64,000 nucleotides of DNA from an uncultured virus (IMG/VR IMGVR_UViG_3300046519_000252) (taxonomy: Duplodnaviria; Heunggongvirae; Uroviricota; Caudoviricetes). The translations under genes were made by a program, and so were the position numbers. The notes beneath the pieces were generated by a model. It saw only the letters and a list, made by a program, of their open reading frames with translations, ran no database searches and was not told the DNA's origin. Location of the stretch: IMG/VR virus record IMGVR_UViG_3300046519_000252; one strand, given 5' to 3'. The stretch's first letter is position 1, and each line of letters starts with the position of its first letter. This document shows, one piece after another, positions 27,403 through 36,263 of this stretch.

Positions 27403-27948
27403 ATGGAAGACATGATCAACTGGCCAGGCACTCTGGACTACGAGGACTCAGGGGAGGGCGGCCTGTTCGCCTGGATGATCGTGCCTGAGTTCATCAGTTC
27501 CGGCGAGGCGTACGGCGCCAACGTCTACGGCAACAACTGCCACGTGGACGTGGACGCGTACCTGTCCCGGCCCCGGGTCATGCTCAAGTCCCCCGACGTG
27601 TGCGTGAGTCCCGAGGGGCGCAAGGTATTCGAGCCGTACAACCACCGGGACAGCTGGTTCAACCAGTCCATGAGGCTGGACCGAATGGTTCGGGAGTATC
27701 TGGGGGAGGACCGGGAGCGCGGGTTGCGGCAGGGTCTGATTCAGTCGCTCGGCGCGGACGACATCAGTGTTCCGATGCTGGCGTCCGTGTTCCTCGGGTC
27801 GACGGGCCAGAGCCTCTACAGCCACCGTCAGGGCGGTTACTTCGCGGTGACGAAGAACGATCTGACCCTGAACGGGAAGACGCTGTATAACGCGTTCCAG
27901 CAGGCGTTCGGCGTCGATCCGATCATCCTGACGTTTTTGGACACATGA
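27403..27948 (+). CDS. Hypothetical protein
   Basis: GAGGA RBS; 181-aa ORF. Confidence 0.65.
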   Translation: MEDMINWPGTLDYEDSGEGGLFAWMIVPEFISSGEAYGANVYGNNCHVDVDAYLSRPRVMLKSPDVCVSPEGRKVFEPYNHRDSWFNQSMRLDRMVREYLGEDRERGLRQGLIQSLGADDISVPMLASVFLGSTGQSLYSHRQGGYFAVTKNDLTLNGKTLYNAFQQAFGVDPIILTFLDT

Positions 27949-28018
27949 CCGTACCGGGGAGGGGGCCATTTGCGGTTCCCCTCCCCGTTCGCTAGGGTAG
28001 ATATAACCCAACCCGGAG

Positions 28019-29254
28019 ATGATCATGGCCGACTTTTCTAAGCACCAAACCGAATCGGACATCAGGCAGGAGATGCGACGGCTCCAGTCGGACCGGATCC
28101 GGACGAAGAGGGCTCTCAAGGACGCGGCCCAGGGGATGCGAGCCCGTCCGGGCCTGGCTCCCCCGCAAAGCATGATGGACATGTTCCCCCACGCCACACA
28201 CCCGTGGACGGCTGCCAAGTTTGTATCCGAGCTGGAACGCCGACACTTCGGAGCGGTCGAGTGGCTCGAAAATGCCGGATGGGAGCCGGTCGCTGATGCC
28301 TTGCTCGGGGATGACGGGAAGATGCCCGAGGTTCCCATGACGGTGAGTTCCGTCCTCCAGTATCACCTTCAGATGACCGCGCAGGAGGTCGCAGTACACC
28401 GCCTGTGGGGGCGATACAAGGTCGTGTTCGATGTCCACCCCGGGCTCACCCGTCATCTGCGGTCGTCCAGCAGCGACAAGTTCCCGCCGATGGTGCTCCA
28501 GAGCCTGACCCACATCAACCCGGTGGTGTTCCTGGAAGAGCCGGTAAGCCTGCGGGACTCGGCAGGCAAACCGGTCCGGTTGATCGGCTGGTACGTCGCG
28601 GGCATGAGTGCGCGTAAGGGGTATATCGACACCACTGATCCGCGCGCGCAGTCGTTTCATCTGACCACCATCTCTGAGGTGCTGAGCCAGGACGAAAAGG
28701 AAGTGATCGACTGGGACCACTGCCGGATCACGCTGCCCGTCACGGGATCTGACGCCACGGTGGGCGAACTCATTGAGCAGGCCCTCGATGCGTTCCAGTG
28801 GGACCCCACAGTGTCCGGGCAGACCCAGGAATTGCAGCGACAGTTCATCTCGGACTTGCTGTACGTGGCCGTGCCGCACATGTTGTACCTCGTGTCCCAG
28901 GGGCTGGAGACCCAGCCGAAGCCGTTCCACACCCCGGCGGCACCGAAGAAAAACAGCTGGGAAAAGAAGCGAGGTGGCGGAAAGGTGATCCGGCAGCTGG
29001 TGGGGTTCCGTACGGGACCCGCGCTGGCGGCCATGGACCGTTGGGGGGACGACGTTTCAGAGAGCCGTGAACCCCGGGGGCTTCAGGGGCTGCGGAGGTC
29101 TCCTGTGGCGCATATGAGGCGGGCGCACTTTCACACGTTCCTGGCGGGTCCCCGGGATGCGCCGGAGCGCGAGAAGCGGGTGAAGTGGCTTCCTCCGATT
29201 CCGGTCAACGCGGAGGGTTCGCCTACGGAGACCGTGGCGGTGAAGATCAAGTAG
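28019..29254 (+). CDS. AcrVA2/FinQ-like protein (C-terminal HxRRAH motif)
   Basis: SP.AHMRRAHFH.F..G......KWLPPIPVN; motif 27993-28003 upstream. Confidence 0.5.
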   Translation: MIMADFSKHQTESDIRQEMRRLQSDRIRTKRALKDAAQGMRARPGLAPPQSMMDMFPHATHPWTAAKFVSELERRHFGAVEWLENAGWEPVADALLGDDGKMPEVPMTVSSVLQYHLQMTAQEVAVHRLWGRYKVVFDVHPGLTRHLRSSSSDKFPPMVLQSLTHINPVVFLEEPVSLRDSAGKPVRLIGWYVAGMSARKGYIDTTDPRAQSFHLTTISEVLSQDEKEVIDWDHCRITLPVTGSDATVGELIEQALDAFQWDPTVSGQTQELQRQFISDLLYVAVPHMLYLVSQGLETQPKPFHTPAAPKKNSWEKKRGGGKVIRQLVGFRTGPALAAMDRWGDDVSESREPRGLQGLRRSPVAHMRRAHFHTFLAGPRDAPEREKRVKWLPPIPVNAEGSPTETVAVKIK

Positions 29255-29334
29255 GACTGGGGGAGGGGACACTTGATGTCCCCTCCCCCTAGTGTTAGGG
29301 TAGATACAACGTAATCGACCGAGGAGACGGCCCC

Positions 29335-29580
29335 ATGACCGCACGTAAGACGGACTACTCCACCACCCGCCCGGACGGCATGGAGTTCATCTGTAACCGG
29401 TGGGTATTCGCTGGTGACAAGGGCTACCGCGTCAAGCCCAACGACGACGGTCACGGCGACGACGGCACGTTCAACGTGTACTCGTACGCGCACACGCAGG
29501 AGCGAGTGGTCGGCACCTTCGGCATGAACTTGACAGAGGACGCGGCGCACGAACTGGCCGCGTCCCTCGCAAAGCGTTAG
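29335..29580 (+). CDS. Hypothetical protein
   Basis: Motif 29296-29306; GAGGAG RBS. Confidence 0.7.
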   Translation: MTARKTDYSTTRPDGMEFICNRWVFAGDKGYRVKPNDDGHGDDGTFNVYSYAHTQERVVGTFGMNLTEDAAHELAASLAKR

Positions 29581-29643
29581 AGCCCGGATACGCCGAAGGG
29601 GCGGAGAGTCGGAAGACTCCCGCCCCTTCGGCGTGCATACGGC

Positions 29644-30177
29644 TTAGTAGTTGCCGTTGCTGAGGATCTCGCCGGTCTTGTCATACACCGTGACGAGACC
29701 GTTCTTGCTGTCCTTGCCCCGGCTGGTCTGCCAGTCGGTGAACGCACTGGCAAGCAGCTTGCCGTCACTCCCGTGCGGGCCCATCAGACCGCCGCTGTAG
29801 TCGGTGTAAATGTCGGCGGTGTCCAGGATGTCGTTCTTCTTGTCGGCACCCTGGATCTTGGTGACGTGCTTCACGGCGGCCTGCTCGGTGGCGGTCCCGT
29901 TCTTGTTCACGTACGCCTTGAACGCCTGCACCGGGGTTTGTGCGGGCGCCGCGTCCTTGCCAGCGGTCAGGGTCGGCCGGGCGTTGTGGGAGGGAGCGGA
30001 GTCGTCTGACGTGCCCTTGCTGCCGTTGGAAGAAGCGGCGACCGCGACAACCCCGACTGCGACAAAGCCGATGAAGGCGTACAGGCAGCCCTTGCCCTTG
30101 CGCTTCTTCGGCTCCGGCTGCGGCGCGTACTGCGGCGCGGGGTACTGGGGCGGCTGCTGCGGTTCCTGCTGAGACAT
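29644..30177 (-). CDS. Single-pass membrane protein (possible superinfection-exclusion-type moron)
   Basis: Pro/Gln-rich N-terminus, KKRKGKGC, TM helix, extracellular domain. Confidence 0.65.
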   Translation of the reverse strand: MSQQEPQQPPQYPAPQYAPQPEPKKRKGKGCLYAFIGFVAVGVVAVAASSNGSKGTSDDSAPSHNARPTLTAGKDAAPAQTPVQAFKAYVNKNGTATEQAAVKHVTKIQGADKKNDILDTADIYTDYSGGLMGPHGSDGKLLASAFTDWQTSRGKDSKNGLVTVYDKTGEILSNGNY

Positions 30178-30412
30178 GCGGGGTTCCCCCTGAGGTGAGT
30201 TGGGGCCTGCGGGCGCATGGCGGCACAACAGGCGGAGAGCAGCATACGGTATTGACCGAGGCCGTTCAATCTACCCTCTCACCCCGAACCATTTGCAGGC
30301 CTATTTGCAGGACTTGTTGTAGGCTCCCGTAAACGTGATCGGTAAGCTACCGTGAACATCACCGAACACAATCAGGCCTCATATGCCGGACCTGTAGCAC
30401 CTGTAGGGGATC

Positions 30413-30679
30413 ATGAGCCTCATAGACGATCTGGTGAGCATCGAATCCCGGCGCGGTACCTATCCCGGGCCGCAGTGCACCGTCGCAAAGATCATGGGAC
30501 AGATCAGCGAAGACGACCGCGCCCAGTTGTGCCGGGTCCTGGACAACCCCGACGTCCCCGGGTCTGTCATCGCCGGGGCTCTTACCCGCAACGGGTATCC
30601 CGTCGCCGACAAAACGGTTCTGCGCCATCGCAAGCGTGGTACGTCCTCCGGCTGCCACTGCCCCAAGGAAGACGCGTGA
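30413..30679 (+). CDS. Small hypothetical protein (C...RHR...C.C)
   Basis: GTGA-coupled to the phosphoesterase gene. Confidence 0.7.
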   Translation: MSLIDDLVSIESRRGTYPGPQCTVAKIMGQISEDDRAQLCRVLDNPDVPGSVIAGALTRNGYPVADKTVLRHRKRGTSSGCHCPKEDA

Positions 30680-32940
30680 GCAGCGGTCTCTCCGGCGACC
30701 TGGAGGCCTTACTGCGCCTCCCCGTCGGTCAAGCGGGACCCTCCAGCACCGGACACGTCCCCACAGCCGCTGTCGGCCGGGAATGGCAGCCCGGAGTCGC
30801 ATTCAACGCTGACGGGGCCATGACCGTCGTCACCGCCCCCACCACGACCAGCCCGCAAGACCCCCAGGCCTGGAAAGCTGCCGTCGAAGAACTCGGCCTC
30901 GCAGTCCCCGAAGGCTGGACCGTCCAGCTTGCCGAAGCCAAGTACGATCCAGCCGCCTGGCACCGGGACGCCCAGGGCGAAGAAGCCGTCACCCGGCCGG
31001 TATGGCGGCTGAAGTTCCGGGTTGCTCCGTCCTCTCTGGCCGGGTACGGCGCGGAGGATGTCGCGACGATGGTTCGGGACGCCATGCGCATCAAACGCAC
31101 CCCACGGCCCCCTGTAGCCCCGTCTCGGGGCCTTGTAGTCGCCTACTCCGACCCCCAGACCGGGAAGGCCCTGGCGGACACCACGCCGATCCTCACAGAC
31201 CGTGGGTGGATCACGCATGGCGAAGTCAAGCCTGGAGACAGCGTGTTCGGCCCGGATGGAACCCTGAAGAGGGTTTTGGCAGTCACCGGGTCCACGGTCC
31301 AGCAGGGCCACCGAGTGGTCTTTGACAAGGACACGGAGATCATCGCCACAGGTGACCATCTGTGGCAGGGATACCGGTTCTACCGGGTAGGCGGTTCGAG
31401 GAGCGGCGGATTCCAGAGGGAACGCCGGTCTCTCCTGTGGACCACAGAGCAGATCGCAGCCATACCCATGCAGCGGGGAGGGTCTGGGATTCCGACTCCG
31501 ATAAGGAGTTTCCATGTGGATCTCCCGGAATCTCTTCAGATGCCGGACGCTGACCTGCCCGTTGATCCCTACCTGTTCGGGGTATGGGTTGGGGACGGAG
31601 TCAGTGCTCGGGGTTCCTATGTGGGGGCACCGGAGGACGTGGCGGTCATCCAGACCTTCACGGGCGGCTACCAGGTAGAAGGCGGATCCCGGCCGGACGT
31701 CGCGTACATCCAGGTGCCGGGTCTGAAGCAGGGTCTGCGGGCACTGGGCGCGCTGGGCAACAAGCACATCCCGGCGGTGTACCTGGAAAGTTCTGCGGAC
31801 CAGCGACTCGCATTGCTCCAGGGTCTGATGGACACAGATGGAACGTGTTCCAAGGGACTGGCGGAGTTCACGACAACGCTCCCTGACGTAGCGGAGTCGG
31901 TGCGATGGTTGGTCTCTTCCCTGGGTATGAAGGCGAAGACGTTTCGTCGGGACCCCATAGGTTTGGGTAAGAAGGAGGTCTTCCGTATCTCCTTCCGGCC
32001 GGACCGCCCGGTCTTCCGTCTCCACCGGAAGCTGGCTCGCCAGTCTCCGGTGGATCCCGGTAACCAGGCCCGGTACCGTCAGGTACAGCGCGTAGAGCCT
32101 GTGGGTGAGGTCTCGGCACAGTGTCTGACCGTGGAAGGTGGCCTGTATCTCGCGGGTCGGGACATGGTGATCACGCATAACTGTGACCGCAGGGGCGGTA
32201 CTCCGGAACTGATCGCCCGCATCGCGGAGAAGTTCGACCGGCTCCAGGACCACGTCAGAGACCTCAAGACCCTCGGCCGTCCGGTGGACTCCGCCTACTG
32301 GATGGATGCCGGGGACTGCGTCGAAGGTCAGCAGAACGTCGCCTCGCAGCTTGCCACGAACGATCTGACCATGACGGAAATGGTCCGGCTGCACCGCAGG
32401 CTGACGTTCGATGGACTGTCTCGGCTGGCCCGGCAGTTCGACTCCGTAACGGCTGCGGTGTGCGCGTCCAACCACGCCCAGCACCGCATCAACGGCAAGG
32501 TCGTCGGACCGCCGTCCGACGACTGGGGCATCGAGACGATGCAGCAGGTTGCCGACGCCTTCAACTGCAACCCGGACTCCTTCGGTCACGTCAAGTTCAT
32601 CCTGCCTGAGAAATGGGAGGAGACCGTGAGCGTGGACGTCGCCGGAACAGTCGTAGGTCTTTCCCACGGTCACCAGGTGCGTGGTCCCGGCAAGGTTGTG
32701 GACTGGTGGCGCGGCCAGACGTTCGGAGAGCAGCCGGTAGCCGCCGCGAAAATCCTTCTGACCGGGCATTTCCACCACTTCCGGGCGGAAGAGGTCGGCT
32801 CCGGCAAGCTGTGGGTACAAGCCCCGGCCCTGGACAACGGGTCTTCCTGGTACGCCAATCGCACCGGCGACGACTCCCGGGCGGGTCTGCTGGTGTTCTC
32901 CGTAGGTGCGGACGGCTGGTCCGACCTTGTCATTCTCTGA
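30676..32940 (+). CDS. Calcineurin-like metallophosphoesterase containing an intein
   Basis: SDPQTGK / GDCVEG / SNH / HGH / GHFHH motifs reconstituted across the intein. Confidence 0.8.
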   Translation: MSSGLSGDLEALLRLPVGQAGPSSTGHVPTAAVGREWQPGVAFNADGAMTVVTAPTTTSPQDPQAWKAAVEELGLAVPEGWTVQLAEAKYDPAAWHRDAQGEEAVTRPVWRLKFRVAPSSLAGYGAEDVATMVRDAMRIKRTPRPPVAPSRGLVVAYSDPQTGKALADTTPILTDRGWITHGEVKPGDSVFGPDGTLKRVLAVTGSTVQQGHRVVFDKDTEIIATGDHLWQGYRFYRVGGSRSGGFQRERRSLLWTTEQIAAIPMQRGGSGIPTPIRSFHVDLPESLQMPDADLPVDPYLFGVWVGDGVSARGSYVGAPEDVAVIQTFTGGYQVEGGSRPDVAYIQVPGLKQGLRALGALGNKHIPAVYLESSADQRLALLQGLMDTDGTCSKGLAEFTTTLPDVAESVRWLVSSLGMKAKTFRRDPIGLGKKEVFRISFRPDRPVFRLHRKLARQSPVDPGNQARYRQVQRVEPVGEVSAQCLTVEGGLYLAGRDMVITHNCDRRGGTPELIARIAEKFDRLQDHVRDLKTLGRPVDSAYWMDAGDCVEGQQNVASQLATNDLTMTEMVRLHRRLTFDGLSRLARQFDSVTAAVCASNHAQHRINGKVVGPPSDDWGIETMQQVADAFNCNPDSFGHVKFILPEKWEETVSVDVAGTVVGLSHGHQVRGPGKVVDWWRGQTFGEQPVAAAKILLTGHFHHFRAEEVGSGKLWVQAPALDNGSSWYANRTGDDSRAGLLVFSVGADGWSDLVIL
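31168..32181 (+). mobile_element. Intein (338 aa, Ala1, class-3 signature) with LAGLIDADG endonuclease
   Basis: K|AL...; block B HLW; block F QCLTV; block G ITHN|C; LLQGLMDTDG. Confidence 0.85.
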
Positions 32941-32954
32941 GAGGGGTATCCGCT

Positions 32955-33284
32955 GTGTCTCATGACGACGCTGAATCCGAGGGCGAAGAGCTGGCGCTCC
33001 CTCCGGGGATGCTGCCCCTGATCCAGATCCAGGAACCGGAGGGCGACGCACTTCGGTGGACCCCCACCACGTTCTTGATTGACCTGTTCATGGCGTTCGC
33101 CGGGGTGCTGGAAGCCATCGCCGGTTTCTACGGAGACCAGGCACGCTCCCTCGCCGCGCGGGCCTCCCTCAAGGAAGAGCTGAAGGACCGGGACATCCGG
33201 CAGCGCATCAAGACGGAGGAACGTCTCCGGATGCAGCTGCACACCCTGGAGGACATCTCGTACTTACCCGAGGCCCAAGAGTGA
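32955..33284 (+). CDS. Hypothetical protein
   Basis: GAGGGG RBS before GTG. Confidence 0.55.
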   Translation: MSHDDAESEGEELALPPGMLPLIQIQEPEGDALRWTPTTFLIDLFMAFAGVLEAIAGFYGDQARSLAARASLKEELKDRDIRQRIKTEERLRMQLHTLEDISYLPEAQE

Positions 33285-33458
33285 TAGCCTAGTTCTCCGC
33301 AGTCAGGATCGCACCCCATGGCGGTCAGGTCTGCTTCCACGAACCCCGGTCTCTTACGAGCAGACCGGGGTTTCGTCATTTCCGGCATTCCCCCAGCTCT
33401 TGACTGTTCCGTACAATGATCAGACAAGTGAGCATTGACCGGGGAAAGAGGATAAGGC

Positions 33459-36206
33459 GTGGCGCGTAACGCATGGGCGGACAGACTCGCCACGCTCTAC
33501 GAATTACAGGCGAAAAAGGACTCCCACCGGAACCCCGCCGTATGGGTAAACGACATCCTCGGCGAAGACATGTGGTCCATGCAGACCGCCATTTGCGAGA
33601 GTGTCCGGGACCACCGATTCACAGCCGTGCAAAGCTGTCACGCTGCGGGGAAGATGCTCTATTCTGGAAGCATGCTTCCCACCCCGTACGGCTGGCTTCG
33701 CATGGGCGACGCCAGGACCGGCGACATCGTGCTGGACGAATCCGGCAAACCCACCAAAATCACCGGGATATCTCCGCTCTGGACCCGGATGTTCTACCGG
33801 GTCACCTTCGATGACGGAACCTACGTCGACGCAGGCGACACCCACGAGTGGAACGTCATCGACCTGCGCCACCGGCCCCGCAAGGTGGCGGACTGGCGCG
33901 ACCACTGGGACGCGGCAGTCACCGTGGAGACCCGGCACATGGCGGAGAACCTGCGGGAGAACGGCCAACTGCGCTGGCGCATCCCGCTCGCCGCACCCCT
34001 CCAGTTTCCGGAGCGGGACCTGCTGATCGACCCGTACGTCCTGGGTGTATGGCTCGGAGACGGCGACTCCGACCGGGCCAGCATCACCATCGGCGAGGAC
34101 AAGCTCAAGATCGTGGATGAGCTGATCGCCGCAGGGGAGACGCCCCGGGTCTACCCGTACCCGGACACCCCCGGGCGCTACCGGGTGGCCCTCCCGGACG
34201 GCCTGCTGGGCAAGCTGCGCGGCCTTGCCGTGCTGGGCAACAAGCACATCCCCATGGCGTACCTGCGGGCCTCTGAGAGCCAGCGGCGGGCGCTGCTGGC
34301 CGGTCTGCTGGACACGGACGGCTTCATGGCCAGGGGTCCCGGAGACTCCCGGGTCGGAATCGACCTGACGAACAAGGCCCTTGCCCAGGGTGTGCGGGAA
34401 CTGCTGGTCAGCCTCGGCATCAAGGTCGGCTGGTCCGAGGGCGAAGCCGGTTACACCAAGAACGGTGTACGGAAGACGACCGGTACCCGGTACCGGATGA
34501 ACTTCCGGCCCTTGTCCAACCCGTTCCGGGTGCGCGGGCAGGGCTGGGCGGACACCACCACGCAGCGGTCCCGGGTCACTCAGCGGACCGTCGTGTCGGT
34601 GGAGCCGATCGGGGAGCAGACCAGTTTCTGCATCGAGGTGGACTCGCCGCGTCACCTGTACCTGGCGGGGGAGGGCATGGTGCCCACTCACAACAGTCAC
34701 CTTGCCTCCCGCCTCTCAGCCTGGTGGATCGCCACCACACCCATGGAAGAAGTCTTCCTCGTCACCACGGCGCCCACCGCCCGTCAGGTGGCCTCCATCC
34801 TCTGGCGCTATATCCAGCGCGCCCACAACCTCGCCAAAGAGCGCGGATTCACCATCCCCGGCCAGATCCTCTCCTCGCCGATCCCGTCCTGGAAAATCAA
34901 CGGTGAACTAGTCGGCATCGGGCAGAAGCCGCCGGACAAGGAAGACTCGGCCTTCCAGGGTTTCCACGCCGAAAAGATCCTCGTTGTCATCGACGAAGCG
35001 TGCGGCGTCGACCGGTCCATCTGGGACGCCGTGGACTCCCTCGTCACCAACGAGTCGTCCCGGGTCCTCGCCATCGGGAACCCCACCGACCCCGCGTCAC
35101 ACTTCCGGCAGGTGTGCTCCCCTGAGTCCCCGCTAGGCGAGAAATGGAACAAGATCCGCATCGACGCCCTGCGGTCCCCGCTGATGACCGAAGAGGCCTG
35201 CTCCCGGTACCCCCGCCTGGTGGAGTACATGAAGGAGGAAGGGATCCCCTTCGCCACCGAAGAGGTCTCCCCGACGCTCCAGAAGACGCTGGTGGGCCCG
35301 ACCTGGGTCTATGAATCCATGGTGGGCTGGGGCAAAGACTCCAGCCTGTTCAAGTCCAAAGTGCGGGCCGAGTTCCCCGAAACGTCCTCCGAGGGCGTTA
35401 TCCCGCTGGCCTGGGCAGAAGCCGCCATGGCCCGGTGGGAGAAATGGCGGGACGGGACCTACATCATCGACCCGGACACCGAAGAACCCGTGTGCCTGAT
35501 CGAACCGCGCGCCCAGCAGATCGGCGAGATCGTCATCGGTGCGGACATCTCCGACGGCGGCGAGGATGAGACAGTCGCCGCGATCCGGCAGGGCGAGGTG
35601 ATCCGTGAACTGATCGCGTTCCCCTCCAAGGACCCGCTGACCACCGCAGACGACCTCCAGGTGATCGCGGCCAAGCACGGGGCCCCGACGAACGCCAAGT
35701 ACATCGTGGACGGTATCGGCGTCGGCTCCGGTGTCGTGGCCAAGCTGCGCCGGGACTCCCAGGACACGTACGCGTTCATCGCGGCGGCCAACAGCGGTCG
35801 CAAGGACACCACCCAGAAAATGTCGTTCATCAACGACAGGGCGGCGGCCTGGTGGAACCTGCGCGAGATTCTGAACCCGGCCCGTAAGGGCGGCGCTGTT
35901 GCCGCGTTCCCCCGGGACGACAAGCTGCTTGCGGAACTGACCTGCCCCCGGTTCGACACACAGCCCGGTACCCCGAAGTACAAAATCGAGAAGAAGGAAG
36001 ACATCAGAACCCGGCTGGGGCGGTCGACCGACCGGGCAGACGCCGTGATTCAGGCGTTCTGGCTGCCTTCTGCGGTACCGGGCCCTGAGGAATTGAAGGA
36101 CAACGCCTGGAAGGCTTCCGAGGAACGCTACATCGGCAACGATGATTCAGAGGCCGTGGTGGAAAAGTGGGATACGGCCTCGGATATGGAACTCTCAGGC
36201 TGGTAA
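33459..36206 (+). CDS. terL: Terminase large subunit containing an intein
   Basis: Walker A SCHAAGK|S, TAPT..Q, Walker B VVIDEA, GNP, nuclease IGADIS..G.D and DRADA. Confidence 0.9.
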   Translation: MARNAWADRLATLYELQAKKDSHRNPAVWVNDILGEDMWSMQTAICESVRDHRFTAVQSCHAAGKMLYSGSMLPTPYGWLRMGDARTGDIVLDESGKPTKITGISPLWTRMFYRVTFDDGTYVDAGDTHEWNVIDLRHRPRKVADWRDHWDAAVTVETRHMAENLRENGQLRWRIPLAAPLQFPERDLLIDPYVLGVWLGDGDSDRASITIGEDKLKIVDELIAAGETPRVYPYPDTPGRYRVALPDGLLGKLRGLAVLGNKHIPMAYLRASESQRRALLAGLLDTDGFMARGPGDSRVGIDLTNKALAQGVRELLVSLGIKVGWSEGEAGYTKNGVRKTTGTRYRMNFRPLSNPFRVRGQGWADTTTQRSRVTQRTVVSVEPIGEQTSFCIEVDSPRHLYLAGEGMVPTHNSHLASRLSAWWIATTPMEEVFLVTTAPTARQVASILWRYIQRAHNLAKERGFTIPGQILSSPIPSWKINGELVGIGQKPPDKEDSAFQGFHAEKILVVIDEACGVDRSIWDAVDSLVTNESSRVLAIGNPTDPASHFRQVCSPESPLGEKWNKIRIDALRSPLMTEEACSRYPRLVEYMKEEGIPFATEEVSPTLQKTLVGPTWVYESMVGWGKDSSLFKSKVRAEFPETSSEGVIPLAWAEAAMARWEKWRDGTYIIDPDTEEPVCLIEPRAQQIGEIVIGADISDGGEDETVAAIRQGEVIRELIAFPSKDPLTTADDLQVIAAKHGAPTNAKYIVDGIGVGSGVVAKLRRDSQDTYAFIAAANSGRKDTTQKMSFINDRAAAWWNLREILNPARKGGAVAAFPRDDKLLAELTCPRFDTQPGTPKYKIEKKEDIRTRLGRSTDRADAVIQAFWLPSAVPGPEELKDNAWKASEERYIGNDDSEAVVEKWDTASDMELSGW
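33654..34694 (+). mobile_element. Intein (347 aa, Met1, class-3 signature) with LAGLIDADG endonuclease in the TerL P-loop
   Basis: GK|ML...; HEW; FCIEV; VPTHN|S; LLAGLLDTDG. Confidence 0.85.
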
Positions 36207-36263
36207 GGCGAAAATCCTGAATGTTAGCATAAGCCGGACAGATGCATAGACTAGGGGAGCACC

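Noticed and set aside
1645..29306. Recurrent 11-bp motif as a CRISPR array or integron attC sites
   Set aside because: Copies are short, irregularly spaced by whole genes and have promoter geometry; no cas or integrase gene is seen.
30269..30279. Extra motif copies (AATCTACCCTC here; also 12657 and 20400)
   Set aside because: Two or more mismatches or wrong orientation; not counted.
30352..30675. N-terminal extension of the 862-aa ORF
   Set aside because: It overlaps a better 88-aa gene; the GTGA-coupled start at 30676 is more plausible.
30709..33051. Long antisense ORFs (780 aa here; also 36279-37793, 41105-43066 and 58120-60414)
   Set aside because: Shadow frames expected from high GC3 coding on the opposite strand; no motifs or RBS.
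32955..33284. Small terminase subunit call
   Set aside because: Position fits, but there is no recognisable motif and a hairpin separates it from terL.
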